Shown one piece after another: positions 1-11,950 of a DNA stretch of 64,000 nucleotides. Within the stretch, counting starts at the first letter, position 1, and each line of letters begins with the position of its first letter. A model generated the notes under the pieces. The model was not told where the DNA came from and ran no database searches. It worked only from the letters and a program-made list of their open reading frames with translations. Made by a program: the position numbers and the translations under genes. The DNA comes from Octopus vulgaris (lineage: Eukaryota): the NCBI GenBank assembly GCA_951406725.2, contig OX597831.1, positions 6,262,001 through 6,326,000 on the forward strand. The letters are read 5' to 3'.

Positions 1-438
1 TTACAAATAGCAAAGGACCACATTTCGGACTTCTCCCATCTTGCGAGCTCTGGGACGAAGACCACTTCGCTCAACAGCAACCACATTGAGACTTACCAAC
101 TTCATCCAATAGCATTATGGCAATCTCTTTCTTTGTTGCCACCATCATCTTAACGTCAACAACATCATCGCATGGGCCTTACAGGAGCTTCACTTTGGAT
201 AAAGTTGTCATGATTACACTATATGAACAAGATAGAATTGTCATAGATAGAATATCTTTGATCATAGGCCTGTAAATGTGAGGCTGGTAGATGCCATTAC
301 CGCTTGCATTTGAGCTGATTGTCTTACTGCTATGAGCTGTATATGACTGCTGACATGTCTGGTGTTGGAGGTCAAGTTGTACATAAAAGAAAATGATGAA
401 ATCTGTTAAGATTTTTATGAACAAACTTTTATTCTTGT

Positions 439-883
439 GACTGGCATCCGTTGCTAGTGGAGCACTAAGAGTACCATACGAGTGAGATCGTTGCCAGAGC
501 AACAAACTGGCCTTCGTGCCAATGGCATGTTTAAGCACACCATTCGAGTGTGATCGTTACCGCATCGCCTTACTAGCACTTGTGCTGGTGGCACGGGAAA
601 CATTCGAGTGAGGTCGTCGCCAGTGCCGCTGGACTGGCTCCTGTGCAGGTGGCACATAAAAAGCACCATTTGGGCATGGCCGTTGCCAGTACCACCAAAC
701 TGGCCCTCGTGCCAGTGGCACATAAAAGCACCAATACACTCTCAGAGTGGTTGGCGTTAGGAGAGGCATCTAGCTGTAGAAACTCTGCCAGATCAGATTG
801 GAGTCTGGTTCGTCAGACTTCAATCAAATCGTCCAACCCATGCTAGCATGGAAAGCAGACGTTAAATGATGATGATGATGATG
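439..883 (+). mobile_element. RTE-type LINE 3' UTR / RTE-tailed SINE copy with internal ~65 bp tandem hairpin units and (GAT)n tail
   Basis: Same sequence as the 3' UTR of the RTE fragment at 13790-14975 (…gagtggttggcgttagg…ccaacccatgctagcatggaaagc…gatgatgatg); recurs more than 10 times in the window. Confidence 0.8.
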
Positions 884-884
884 T

Positions 885-1690
885 TTCTGGGAAAATTTCA
901 CTCAATCTTACCTTAGGCTGCAACAAGTTCGGGTCAATGTCTTCGCCTGTGTAGTAGACATCTCTCCTGTACATGTCCCTTAACTTGTGATAATTCTCCT
1001 TCAACATGACAGGGCAACATCTTACCCTTAGGCGTAACCCCTCGCAATCCTTCGTGTCCACCTCTATATCAGAGTTCACCATCTCAAATCCTCTTTCACT
1101 GAAACCCTAGTACTGTTGTACAAAAGGACAAGGTACCCCTCCCTGAATAGGGGATTGGAAACTTGTGGCTCTTGCGTGTTTACACCATTTGTGTTCATGT
1201 CTGGTGGGGTAAGGAGAGGGCTGGTGTCTGAAGTGGGGTGGAGGTTGGGGTATGGAGCAAGAGGTGGGGACGGGAATGGGTTGGGGCTTTTCCTCACTCA
1301 TTTGCTGCTTTCTTCCTTTCCTCTTCTTCCTGCCCACCTCTGTCCATTCTATTGATTTTTCCTTTTGTACTCCAGGTTCCTTGCTTCCATCCTTCTCAGT
1401 TCTTGATGTTATGACTGTCAGAAATGCAGTCTCCACTGGATCTTCTTTTGGTCCCTCTATGGTGGGGAGAGCAGTTGGCTCTTATGTGTCCCAACTGTCC
1501 GCAGGTGTAGCACCTCGGCCTCCTGCCTTCCATCACAACCCTAAGCCTCACCTCATCTCCCACTGTTATCATGCTTTCTGCCAAGTGAAGAAGAATGGCC
1601 CTGCTTGATGCGTTAAAAAGGTGTTGGTAGAAATTCTTTCCAGTGTACTCAGTGAAAACTATGGACACTCAAGTGCTTTGTTTGATGGAG
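885..1690 (-). mobile_element. Degenerate LINE ORF1 (gag-like CCHC zinc knuckle, L1/Tx1-like)
   Basis: Frameshifted ORFs containing RPRCYTCGQLGHIRANC (CX2CX4HX4C) followed by a basic WTEVGRKKRKGRK motif. Confidence 0.6.
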
Positions 1691-1708
1691 ATGTGTAGGA
1701 GCAATAAA

Positions 1709-1989
1709 TGTGGCCGTTGCCAGCGCCGCCCTGACTGGCCTCCATGCCGGTGGCACGTAAAAAGCACCATCCGATCATGGCCGTTTGCCAGCCTTGCCTG
1801 GCACCTGTGCAGGTGGCACATAAAAAGCACCCACTACACTCTCGGAGTGGTTGGCGTTAGGAAGGGTATCCAGCTGTAAAAATATTGCCAGATCAGACTG
1901 GGCCTGGCGCAGCCTCCTGGCTTCCCAGACCCCAGTTGAACCGTCCAACCCATGCTAGCATGGAAAACGGACGTTAAACGATGATGATC
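1709..1989 (+). mobile_element. RTE 3' UTR / RTE-tailed SINE copy
   Basis: Same family as 439-883, with (GAT)n tail. Confidence 0.8.
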
Positions 1990-2540
1990 ATAAAAAGTAG
2001 TGGATATGATGGCATGTTTGATGTAGTAAGCTGTCATAGTTTCTAGCAAAGACACAAGAACTAAAATTTGGAAGGAGGGGATTGTCAAACTAAGTACTTG
2101 GCTATTACGTTATTTTATTGATCCTGGAGAGATGAAGAGCTTATGTGACCTTGGCAGGATTTGAACACAGAATGTAAAGAAACTGAACAAATACTATTTT
2201 TATTCTAATGATTGTGCCAGATTCAATTTCAAGTTTATGGTTTTCTTACCTGCGTTATTTCTAGGAGTGGCATATGAGTGTCTGGTAGGAATGTTAATGT
2301 GTATGTATGTATGTATGTATGTCTATTCCATTATATCATGGAAGATGATATCTTGTGTGTGTGTGTGTGTGTGTGTTTTATGTTTGTTTATGTTTTCCAG
2401 TTTCAGCTCTTGAGCTGTGGCCATGCTGGGGCACCGCCATTTTTTTACATTCCATTTTTATAGTTTTTTTGTGTGCCTATTTTTTACATTCCATTTTTAT
2501 AGTTTTTTGTTTTTGAAATTTTTTGTTATTTCATTAGCAT

Positions 2541-3079
2541 AGGCATGCCCATGTGGTTAAGAGGTGAAGATGCTTTCTTTGCAACAACGTAGTTCTGGGT
2601 TCAGTCCCACTGCATGGCACCTTGGGCAAGTGTCTTCTGCTATAGCCGTCAGCTGACCAATTCCTTATGTGTAGATTTGGTTCATGGAAAATGAGTGGAA
2701 ACCTGTCACATGTATGTATGTATGTATGTATGTATGTATGTATGTATGTATGTGTGTATGTATGTATGTATGTGTGTATGTATGTATGTATGTATGTATG
2801 TATGTGTGTATGTATGTGTGTGTGTATGTATGTATGTATGTGTGTGTGTGAGAGAGAGAGTATGTGTGAGTGTGTGTGTGTATGTGTGTATATCTTTGTG
2901 TTTGTCCCCACTGCCACTTGGCAACTGGTGTAGGTTTGTTTATGTTCCTGTAACTTACCAGTTCAGCAAAAGTGACCAAAACAATAAGTACTGGGTCAAT
3001 TTATTTGACTAAATCTTTCAAAGTGGTTGCACCAGCATGACCGCAGTCCAATGACTGAAACAAGTGAAAGATGAAAGAT
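2541..3079 (+). mobile_element. tRNA-derived SINE (family B) with expanded internal (GTAT)n/(GT)n microsatellite
   Basis: tRNA-like head (tgtggttaag…gggttcagtccc), body shared with 7610-7998 and 53630-54053, 3' end …gactgaaacaagtgaaagat. Confidence 0.75.
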
Positions 3080-3304
3080 AAATTGCCAGCACTAATGCAG
3101 ACCCCCCCCCCCGATTACCATTGCTTTATATTATCTATTGCATATTATCTTTAGTTTGTTGTTTAGCCCTGTATCATCCCTATTGAGCCAATCACTGATC
3201 AATTGAGCCATAATTTATGTTTTTTCTTTAAGGGCATAATGTGCCTAGGACTACATTATCTAACATGTCCTTCTTTTTCTTCAATGGGATATGATTAACC
3301 ATTT

Positions 3305-3623
3305 GCGTTGCCTTAAAGAGCACCATCCAAGCGTGATTGTTGCCGGAGCGGCTATCTAGCCTCTGTGCTGGTGGCACGTAAAAGACACCATTCGAGCGGG
3401 ATCGTCTCCAGCATTGCCTTACTGGCACCTGTGCCATTGGCATGTGTAAAAAAATTCGAGCAAGGTCGTTGCCAGTACTGCCTGACTGGCCCCATGCTGG
3501 TGGCACGTAAAAGCACCCACTACACTCTTGGAGTGGTTGGCATTAGGAAGGGCATCCAGCTGTAGAAACTCTGCCAGGTCAAGATTGAAGCATGGTGCAG
3601 CCATCTGGTTTGCCAGCCCTCAG
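3305..3623 (+). mobile_element. RTE 3' UTR / RTE-tailed SINE copy, 3' truncated
   Basis: ggtggcacgtaaaa units plus gagtggttggcattaggaagggcatccagc. Confidence 0.75.
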
Positions 3624-3946
3624 GTACCAAACGAGTTAAGACAGTTTTGGCTGCTATTTGTAACATGTGAAGAGACTATGTAGAGGTTCCTTTATTGATT
3701 AATGGCTTTTAAATTGTTACAGTGAGTGTTAGTCAAGCACCAGATTAATTAATAATGAAAAAGCTATTTTCTCTAAATTCTTTGTTATTCTACAAATTAA
3801 TTGCAACAAGGCAGTGTATTTCAGAAATAAGGTAACAAAGGAGTTAAGACAGTTTTGGCTGCTATTTGTAGCATGTGAAGAGACTATGTAGAGGATCCTT
3901 TATTGATTAACGGCTTTTAAATTGTTACAATGAGTGTTAGTCAAGT
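3624..3946. repeat. Local direct duplication of ~115 bp (3624-3737 and ~3832-3946)
   Basis: gagttaagacagttttggctgctatttgta…gagtgttagtcaag occurs twice. Confidence 0.8.
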
Positions 3947-4064
3947 CATTTGTAAGGCCATTATATTCCATGTTGATTCTATGTATTTCAGCTGAAAGTT
4001 GAAATCTATAGTATTTTCTGCAAGAATGTGAAGCACACAATGCTCACTTAATAGATGTAAATAA

Positions 4065-4755
4065 TATAATAATCATAATAATAATGAAATTATTGTATAG
4101 TGCTCAGGTGCACCACAACTTGTCAGACAGTGCATATAAAGCATATGTAGTAATGTACAAATGTCTGGAAAGTGAACAGTGTATGAGTCAGATACATGCT
4201 TGTGTGTGTATAGAGGGAAGAAAATCAGGTTGTAGTGTTGGCGAATCTCAGGAAGCATGGAAGTTTTGAAGGATGCAGTGCTCCGACAACTAACAACTGA
4301 TGCCGGCAGTTTGTTCCATGCTTCAGCAACTCTTAACGTGAAAAAATGTTTCTGAAAGTCATGGGAGCTGTGCTGTTTTCTGACTTTGTAAACATGTCCA
4401 CGGGATGTTAGACAGGTGGAGTTTGAAAAGGTGCTCAGAGTTATTGTTTGTAAGATGGTTGATAATTTTATGGGTGTCTGCCAAGTCAGCTGCCAGACGT
4501 CGGAGTTTCAATCTGTCCATGCCCAGGGAAGTAAGGCGTTCAGAATATGGCAAATACCTGATGGAGGGTATTCTCTTGGTTGCACATTGCTGAACAGACT
4601 TCCAGAAACGATTAATATCCTGGGCAAGATAGGGGTTCCAGACTGGTGATGCAAATTCTAGGCATGAGGTCGCACCATAGCTATATAAAGCCGCAGATAG
4701 ATAGCCGGAGAGCGGCTCACAAAGGACTTGGTGAGTGATGCCAAGATACCCTCAG
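4065..4755 (-). mobile_element. CR1/L2-group LINE 3' fragment (RT C-terminus and 3' UTR)
   Basis: YSERLTSLGMDRLKLRRLAADL and AEAWNKLPASVV motifs; a related piece lies at 37590-37770 (+). Confidence 0.75.
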
Positions 4756-5423
4756 CCTAGTAGGGTGCTTGACAATTTTAGCGATGTGTTTTGTCCAACA
4801 GCAAATCGCTGTGCGGTGGCAGGTAACACCCAGGTCATGTTCACCAGACTTTTACTGAGATTAGTGTTGTGGAGGGAGTAAAAAGTTCGACGCTGGGTTT
4901 TACCAGCATTGCCTCCCCTATGCCAATATGTAAATAGCACAAATCAGATTTTATTATATTTTATTTTTAGCTGAGAAGACTCTGCCATAAACTGGAGATT
5001 ACATATTGTTTCAACAGTATATGTCTTTGATTTTTAAATTGCATTCTCTGATTCAATTTTCAACTCTAATTACGATTCTGTTTGGGATTCAGTCACAAGT
5101 ATAAAAAAGGAAAAAGTTATAACCATGTAGTCATTCTTAGATTTAACCGTCTCAGTCATCTCCTGCTTCACTGAGTTGTCCAGAGTCGTCATGGCACTGC
5201 CAAAAACCAATCTCACTTCCCAACATATTCAATATGTAAACAATTTTTTAAAAAAATTTCAGGGTTGTCTCCCTTACCTTTAAGACATTTAAATCCTGCA
5301 TCAAACCTTTCTGAACTTATATCAAATATGCCATCACTAACTTCATTAGTGCTTTATATATAATTTACGTTTTATTTTTTCTTAGTATTTTTTTAGATAT
5401 TGATAATGAAAATTCATTCTTAA

Positions 5424-5795
5424 ATGACAGGTGACGGTCGTTTAGAGAATGTGCGGGCTAAAACTACGCGCCTTCACAGATCAGTTAAGGTGAGACAGTG
5501 TCACGTGACAACTTGCTGGGGCTGCCTGCTAGAGCCTAGCGGCAGGTATTTAAAGGGAAAATATGACAAGTCAGTCAGTCACCGGCTGACACTCGCTGAC
5601 GATACATCGAAGAGGCCAGGGAACAGAAGAAAGAAGACATGCACCCAACACCAGAGCTGAAGACACCTCCGAAAGGGGAACCCTGCCACGTCAAAACGGT
5701 AGAGGAGTGGTTCCTCCTGATGATGTCTTGAGCTAACTGGGTCCTATAAAGGAGCTGTTGTGGTAGCAGACCATGAAACACGGTTGTAATTCCTC
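5424..5795 (+). mobile_element. Dispersed repeat, possibly a PLE pseudo-LTR, with hammerhead-like core motifs
   Basis: 5640-5793 recurs at 15536-15712; TATA-like tatttaaa at ~5547; CTGAAGA, CTGATGA and GAAA motifs. Confidence 0.45.
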
Positions 5796-6529
5796 CAAAA
5801 ATGTAATACAATAATTAAGATTCAATCAAAAGTAAATGCAAGAATCTGAATGAGCTTATGCAGTTACTAAACTTGCTGGATGTTGTAAAGCATATCTCTC
5901 CGAAATCACAACTCGTTGGGTATTTTTAGGACATATTGTTTAATGTAGTCCTAGATACACTATTCTTTTATTCTTTTACTTGTTTCACTCATTCAATACT
6001 ACTTCTTTATTCTGTCAAGGTTGACTTTGCCTTTCATCCTTTTGAGGTCAATAAATTAAGTACCAGTTACAAACTGAGGTCAATCTAATCGACTGGTCCC
6101 CTCCCCCAAAATTTCAGGGCTTGTGCCTAGAGTAGAAAAGAATACTACTTCTTCATTGAGAGTCGATTGGTTAATTATTTAACTAGCTAACTAATCAATT
6201 AATTGATTGCTTATTTAGTTCGTGCATTAGTTAAACAATCAATAAACTGTTTGTCAAAATCCTTTCATTGCTATTCATGACCTGTCGTGTTAAACCAGTG
6301 CATTAGTGTTTATCATTATTATTGGCAAAATACTGCAGTAATATACTATTTGGCAATATAAAAATACCTATTTCTTTACTACCCACGAGGGGCTAAACAC
6401 AGAGAGTACAAACAAGGACAGACAAACGGATTAAGTAGATTATATCGACCCCAGTGTGTAAGTGGTACTTAATTTATTGACCCTGAAAGGATGAAAGGCA
6501 AAGGCGACCTCATACAGTATCTGTTTTTT

Positions 6530-7590
6530 ACACTTCTTTTGGGTTTATGCTCAGCATGTTTTCCAGTGTACAACTCACTGTAGAACAGCAGCCTTGGAAT
6601 CCCATCAGCCGCCATACACAGAACATGGCCTGCCCAATGCGTCTGAGTAGTTATGACTAACTGGATGCTTGTGCTGCATCCTACCTTAGCAACGACTTCT
6701 GTGTTGGATGTTTTACTTTGCTATTTTATGTTGAGTATGCATCTCGAGCATTTTTGATGAAAGCACTCAAGCAGCTTGACAGGCCACTGGGTACTGTCTG
6801 TTTCAGAGGGGTACCATAGAGCTATTAGCAGCTTGACAGGCCACTGGGTACTGTCTGTTTCAGAGGGGTACCATAGAGCTATTAGCATTGGTTTTGATGA
6901 TGAGGAGGATATGATTTGCCCAGACTCTCTTTTCAGACTTGCCACATACTACAAAGGTTTTCTGAATGTGTAGATATATTGCTGCATTTAGGGAGCCATC
7001 TCTCAATAACATGCTGCCCAGGTAAACAAAAGTGTCGACTACACCCACTCTTGTACTGTATGTTATAACATCTGGTTTGATATGCAGTTTGCTTGGTGAA
7101 GGTATGAACATTACCTTGTTATTTTGAGGATTTGTTTTCAGTATTCTCTTAAGACTAAAGGCCATACATGAAGCAGTAAAACAATCCATGATGTGTTGTA
7201 CGTCATCAGCAGTGTGAGCCAGAAAGTCAACATCATCGGCATAAAGGAGTTCTCTGATTAAAGTTTCAAATGTTTCCAACTTGAAGTTGAACCTCTTTAA
7301 GTTGAAGACTCTTCCAATAGTTCTGAACTGCAAGAGGATGCCCTTATCACAGTCATAGGATGCACGGGTAAGCAGAACAATAAAGAATATCGAAAAGAGT
7401 ATGGGAGTAGTAATATCACCTTGCTTTAATCAATCAGAACTTCATCAAGCAATTTCCCACCAAAAATGCCTTGAGCCTTCATGTCTGAATGCAACTGCTT
7501 ACATATAGTGACCATCAGTAGTGGGTTTCCAGCCTTTCCACACATGGTCTTCAGGGCATTTCCATTAACTGTATCAAAAGCTTTTATTAA
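6530..7590 (-). mobile_element. RTE-clade LINE reverse transcriptase fragment (pseudogenic)
   Basis: LIRELLYADDVDFLAHT and DTFVYLGSML motifs; contains a ~57 bp tandem duplication at ~6770-6888. Confidence 0.8.
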
Positions 7591-7609
7591 ATTATGTATG
7601 TGCACATAT

Positions 7610-7998
7610 ACTCTTTTACTTGTTACTTGTTTCAGTCATTTGACTTTGGCCATGCTGGAGCACCGCCTTTAGTCGAGCAAATCGACCCCAGGACTTATTC
7701 TTTGTAAGCCTAGTACTTATTCCATCGGTTTCTTTTACCGAACCGCTAAGTTATGGGGATGTAAACACACCTGCATCGGTTGTCAAGCGATGTTGGGGGG
7801 ACAAACACAGACACACACACACATACATATATATACGACAGGCTTCGTTCAGTTTCTGTCTACCAAATCCACTCACAAGGCTTTGGTCGGCCTGAGGCTA
7901 TACTAGAAGACACTTGCCCAAGGTGCCACACAGTGGGACTGAACCTGGAACCATGTGGTTAGTAAGCAGGCTACTTACCACACAGCCACTCCTACGTC
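7610..7998 (-). mobile_element. tRNA-derived SINE (family B), near full length
   Basis: Nearly identical to 53630-54053; tRNA-like A/B-box head at the right end. Confidence 0.85.
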
Positions 7999-8010
7999 TA
8001 CATATGTATA

Positions 8011-8390
8011 TCATCATCATTATCATTATCATAATCATCGTTTAACCTCCGTTTTCCATGCTGGCATGGGTTGGACGGTTCGACTGGGGTCTGGGAAACC
8101 AGGAGGCTGCACCAGGCTCCAGTCTGATCTGGCAATATTTCTACAGCTGGATGCCCTTCTAATGCCAACCACTCTGAGAGTGTAGTGGGTGCTTTTTATG
8201 TGTCACTGGCACAGGGGCAAGAGGGAGCTGGCAACAATCACTTTATTTGCAGGGTCTTCTCAGTCACAGCATATCTCCAGAGATCTCGGTCTTTTGTCAT
8301 TGCCTCTGTGAGGCCCAATGTTCGAAGGTCATGCTTCACCACTTCATCCCATGTCTTCCTGGGTCTCCTTCAACCCTAGATTCCTTCCAC
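8011..8390 (-). mobile_element. RTE 3' end fragment
   Basis: (CAT)n tail at left; matches 14230-14370 and the RTE 3' UTR. Confidence 0.75.
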
Positions 8391-8600
8391 TATTTGGGAG
8401 TGGAACTTCTTCACACACACACACACACAGTGCCCCAACATGGCCGCAGTCCAATGACTGAAACAAGTAAAAAATTTTTTTGAAAATAAAAAAAAAATCG
8501 AAGAATAACCAAAAAATATAACCGAGGGGTTATAAAAAATTTTAAAGAGATTCGGCTGTTATTTCTAGTATGTGGAGAGATCTATGCTTAACTGTACGCA

Positions 8601-8800
8601 GAGAGTACAAACAAGGATAGAAGAACGGATTAAGTCGATTATATCGACCCCAGTGCGTAACTGGTACTTATCTAATCGACCCCGAAAGGATGGAAGGCAA
8701 AGTCGACCTCGGCGGAATTTGAACTCAGAACGTAACGGCAGACGAAATACCGCTAAGCATTTCGCCCGGAGTGCTAACGTTCCTGCCAGCTCGCCGCCTT
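8601..8800 (-). mobile_element. tRNA-derived SINE (family C), CpG-intact copy
   Basis: Reverse complement starts aaggcggcgagctggcag…gttctgagttcaaattccgccgaggtcgac; homologous to 27230-27458 and 49535-49760. Confidence 0.8.
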
Positions 8801-9518
8801 AACGAAAAGTATAACCGTGGGGCTTTTGTCCACTTTCACACTTTATGCTGCCAAAACAATATTAAAGAAATCATGCCTTCTTTTCAGTGCCATTACATAC
8901 TCAGACCAGAATAATAAGAATACTGTTGACATGTTTTAGAATAGCGCTAGAAAGCCTTTGGTTATTGACGTCTTAAACAGAATGCGGAAGAAAGCTTATT
9001 TATTTATTTGCCTTCTCTCTCGGACAATTCTAATATAAACCCCATTGTCGTCTCCTTTTACTGCCATCACAAATTTAACCTTCTTTCGTGTGTCCTCTCC
9101 TTAAAACTACCGGATACACCCACATCTCGTCTCCTGTCCTGATTTCCAGTTTTTGCAACAAGCATCACGCACAGCCTTCCCATATTATCACTTCGATTGT
9201 GGAATACCTTCACTCCCTGATTCCCACAAAACATTAAACTCCAATTTCGGGGACTTGTTAACAGCAATTAGTTTTTACTGATTCCATAACAAAAAAAATT
9301 AAAGCAAACGAAACAGAGTTAAGACAATATTTTTATTGATAATCCATTGCCTCATATTTTATCTGTATTCTTTTGTTTCTTTTATTAAACCGAATGAAGA
9401 CAGTTAACAACACAAATGTTGTTTAATGCCGCATTTCTTAAACTGGGGAAAATTTCATAATTCTCCAGAGAATTTTTGGTGGGGAGGAATATTTTGAAGT
9501 TGGAAAGTTTTTGCGGCA

Positions 9519-9791
9519 ATCTTTCGTCTCTAGTAGACCTTTCCGTCGATTTCCGTAAAAAAATTTTTTTTTTTACATATGGGCTTGCGGGAACTTTTGA
9601 AGTAATGAGAGCGAAAGAGACTAAGAGGAAGCGATTGTATGACGAGGGAAGTTCTTTTGAAGTTACCGTGCATGGGAGCATTGATGTACATGTGTGTGTT
9701 GATGGGGTGTGGGAGACCGCAAGCCCATATGTAAAAAAAAAAAGAAGTTTTTTACGGAAATCGACGGAAAGGTCTACTAGAGACGAAAGAT
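9519..9791. repeat. Inverted repeat, ~72-75 bp arms (9519-9590 / 9717-9791) with a 126 bp spacer
   Basis: atctttcgtctctagtagacctttccgtcgatttccgtaaaa…acatatgggcttgcgg is the reverse complement of ccgcaagcccatatgt…ggtctactagagacgaaagat. Confidence 0.9.
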
Positions 9792-11689
9792 CTCCGTTTT
9801 TGCTACATTTATTACCATTAATGTTGATTTTAATGATGCTAACGTTAAATTAATATAAAACCGTTGATATTAAGCAATAAACTGCGTTAAAACAAGACTG
9901 TTTCTCTCTGAATATATTTCGAGGCGGACGAACACAGTTCAATCATTGTTAATTGAATGTCTTAAATAGTAAGCTCATTCTTGTAGACTCGATAAAAATA
10001 GACTGATCGTGGAAATGTTGACATAAGTAGATAAAATTACTGCAAAGAAAATAAAGTAGAAAGAGACCAGTATATTTATTGCACGATAATTTAATACAGC
10101 GTTAATGTATTAAATAAATAAAAGAGGAAGAGAGAGACGACATATTACAAGCAACAGACATTACGACTACAGCGAGGGAGGGGGAATTAGTATCAGCAGA
10201 AAATACTAAATAACATCATTTCAAACGAAAATTCTGTTGTTGCTTATTAAAAATTATATAGGCAATTATGATTTTATATTTAATGTCTTAAAAGCATTTT
10301 GACTGTAATTTTAATTTATCCAATCACTTGTCGCATAGCGATTACTCATCCTTGTACCGGGTCGGGGTCCCCCACAGAAATATAAAAAAACCAATAAAAA
10401 ACGCCGAGACTTTCACGGAAACCTTTACAAGTAACAGGTAAAAGAATTCGCTTTTCTTGACCATTTTCTTTATTAGGAACGTAAAAAAACACATCGGTAG
10501 GATACTTGAAGGACCAATTGTTCAATCCCGTCTCCATAATTTCTGTTTATTCATACATTTTATACAGTTTATTATACATATTGTGTTTGTAGGTGTGTGT
10601 CGTCTGGTCTCCCCCCCTTTCCGTCACCATTTTGCTCTGGAGAGCCGCATGTCGATCTAATTGAACCAGCATTTCTCTTTTTTTCCTTCTCTCACTCGAC
10701 ACGCCTGGAATGCTTTACACATAGAAATATCCCTGATACTACATAACCCTAAATTACACCACCGTCCGACTGCTCAGTCCATAGACATTTCGCTAAAAAA
10801 TGTCTATGGGTCCGTGGTCACACTCCATACATCCACCATGTCCTCCTTTCATGTTGGGACTTTAATTGGCTTTCATTAATCTCTCAAAACATACACAATG
10901 CCTTATATATTTCCCTTTAGGGGGTGAGAATATTTCGGCTCTTAGCTTTTAGGTTGCATACAAAAGACCTTTAATAACTTAAAATCCTTAAATTCTCCCC
11001 TGAATCAAACCATTTCTATCGGTCTTCTTTATCAATCTCCACATCACCGACCGCTGACTCATTAATTCACAATGTCATTTTTATTTTAAATTGTCTCATT
11101 TTCAAAATCCTCGCCTATCGAATCCTACATCTCTATTTTATAGAATTCCAGTCCTCTTCATTCAGCTTCCTCTAATCTTTTTTCTATAATTTACATCATA
11201 CTTTTCCTTTTTCCTTATTGCATTCCATTACTGTTTGTTATGGAACCAGCGATAAAGAAACAAGTTTTATATGATTAAAATACAGTATATTATATATTAT
11301 ATATGTTGTGGTGACTATATATATTATATATGATAATTTTAAATCATATACGTTAACATATATAACAATTTCTTCATGTATGTTAAACGTATCTGATAAA
11401 ACTATGTTATATATTATTAAAATGTTAATATAGAATTATATATGGTTATGCATAAACTTATACAATTTATAAATTCTTTTTTCATCCCGAAAAATCAATA
11501 TTTACAAACATAAACTGGATTTTAAAAAAATCAATAAACAAACAAAATAGAGGCATGTACACTCCCTCAATTATACATCGCGCTGTCATCATAATATACA
11601 TTAGACATGCCTATGTTGTTGATGATTTTATGTTGTATATAGTAATGCTTTGTTTATATATATATAAACATATATATATATAAACACAC

Positions 11690-11950
11690 ACACACACACA
11701 TATATATAAACATGATAAATAAAATTAGTGGTTTGAGTTTTCTACTGCTCTTTCTAGCACAAGGCTGTCCTATTTGGAAACCCTCTTAATGTGTTCTAAT
11801 GTACACGATATTTTTATGTGTATATATATATATATATAAACATAATAAATAGAATTAGTGGTTTGAGCTTTCTACTGCTCTTTCTAGCACAAGGCTTTCC
11901 TATTTAGAAGCCTCTTAATGTGTTCTAATATACACTATATTTTTATGTAT
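11690..11950. repeat. Tandem duplication of a ~125 bp unit
   Basis: aattagtggtttgag…ctctttctagcacaaggct…gtgttctaat occurs twice. Confidence 0.8.

Noticed and set aside
1-430. Possible minus-strand exon ending at a gtaagt donor (plus 91-96)
   Set aside because: No open frame with recognisable homology and no clear acceptor
440-790. Palindromic repeats with variable intervening sequence, resembling a CRISPR array
   Set aside because: Eukaryotic context, no cas genes, and the spacers are homologous to each other; these are tandem units of an RTE 3' UTR
2534-3012. HTYI/CMYV-repeat ORFs
   Set aside because: (GTAT)n microsatellite inside a SINE
9385-9853. Overlapping 98 and 125 aa ORFs sharing SPYVKKK…RKSTERSTRDER
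   Set aside because: The shared peptide results from the inverted repeat; no recognisable protein family
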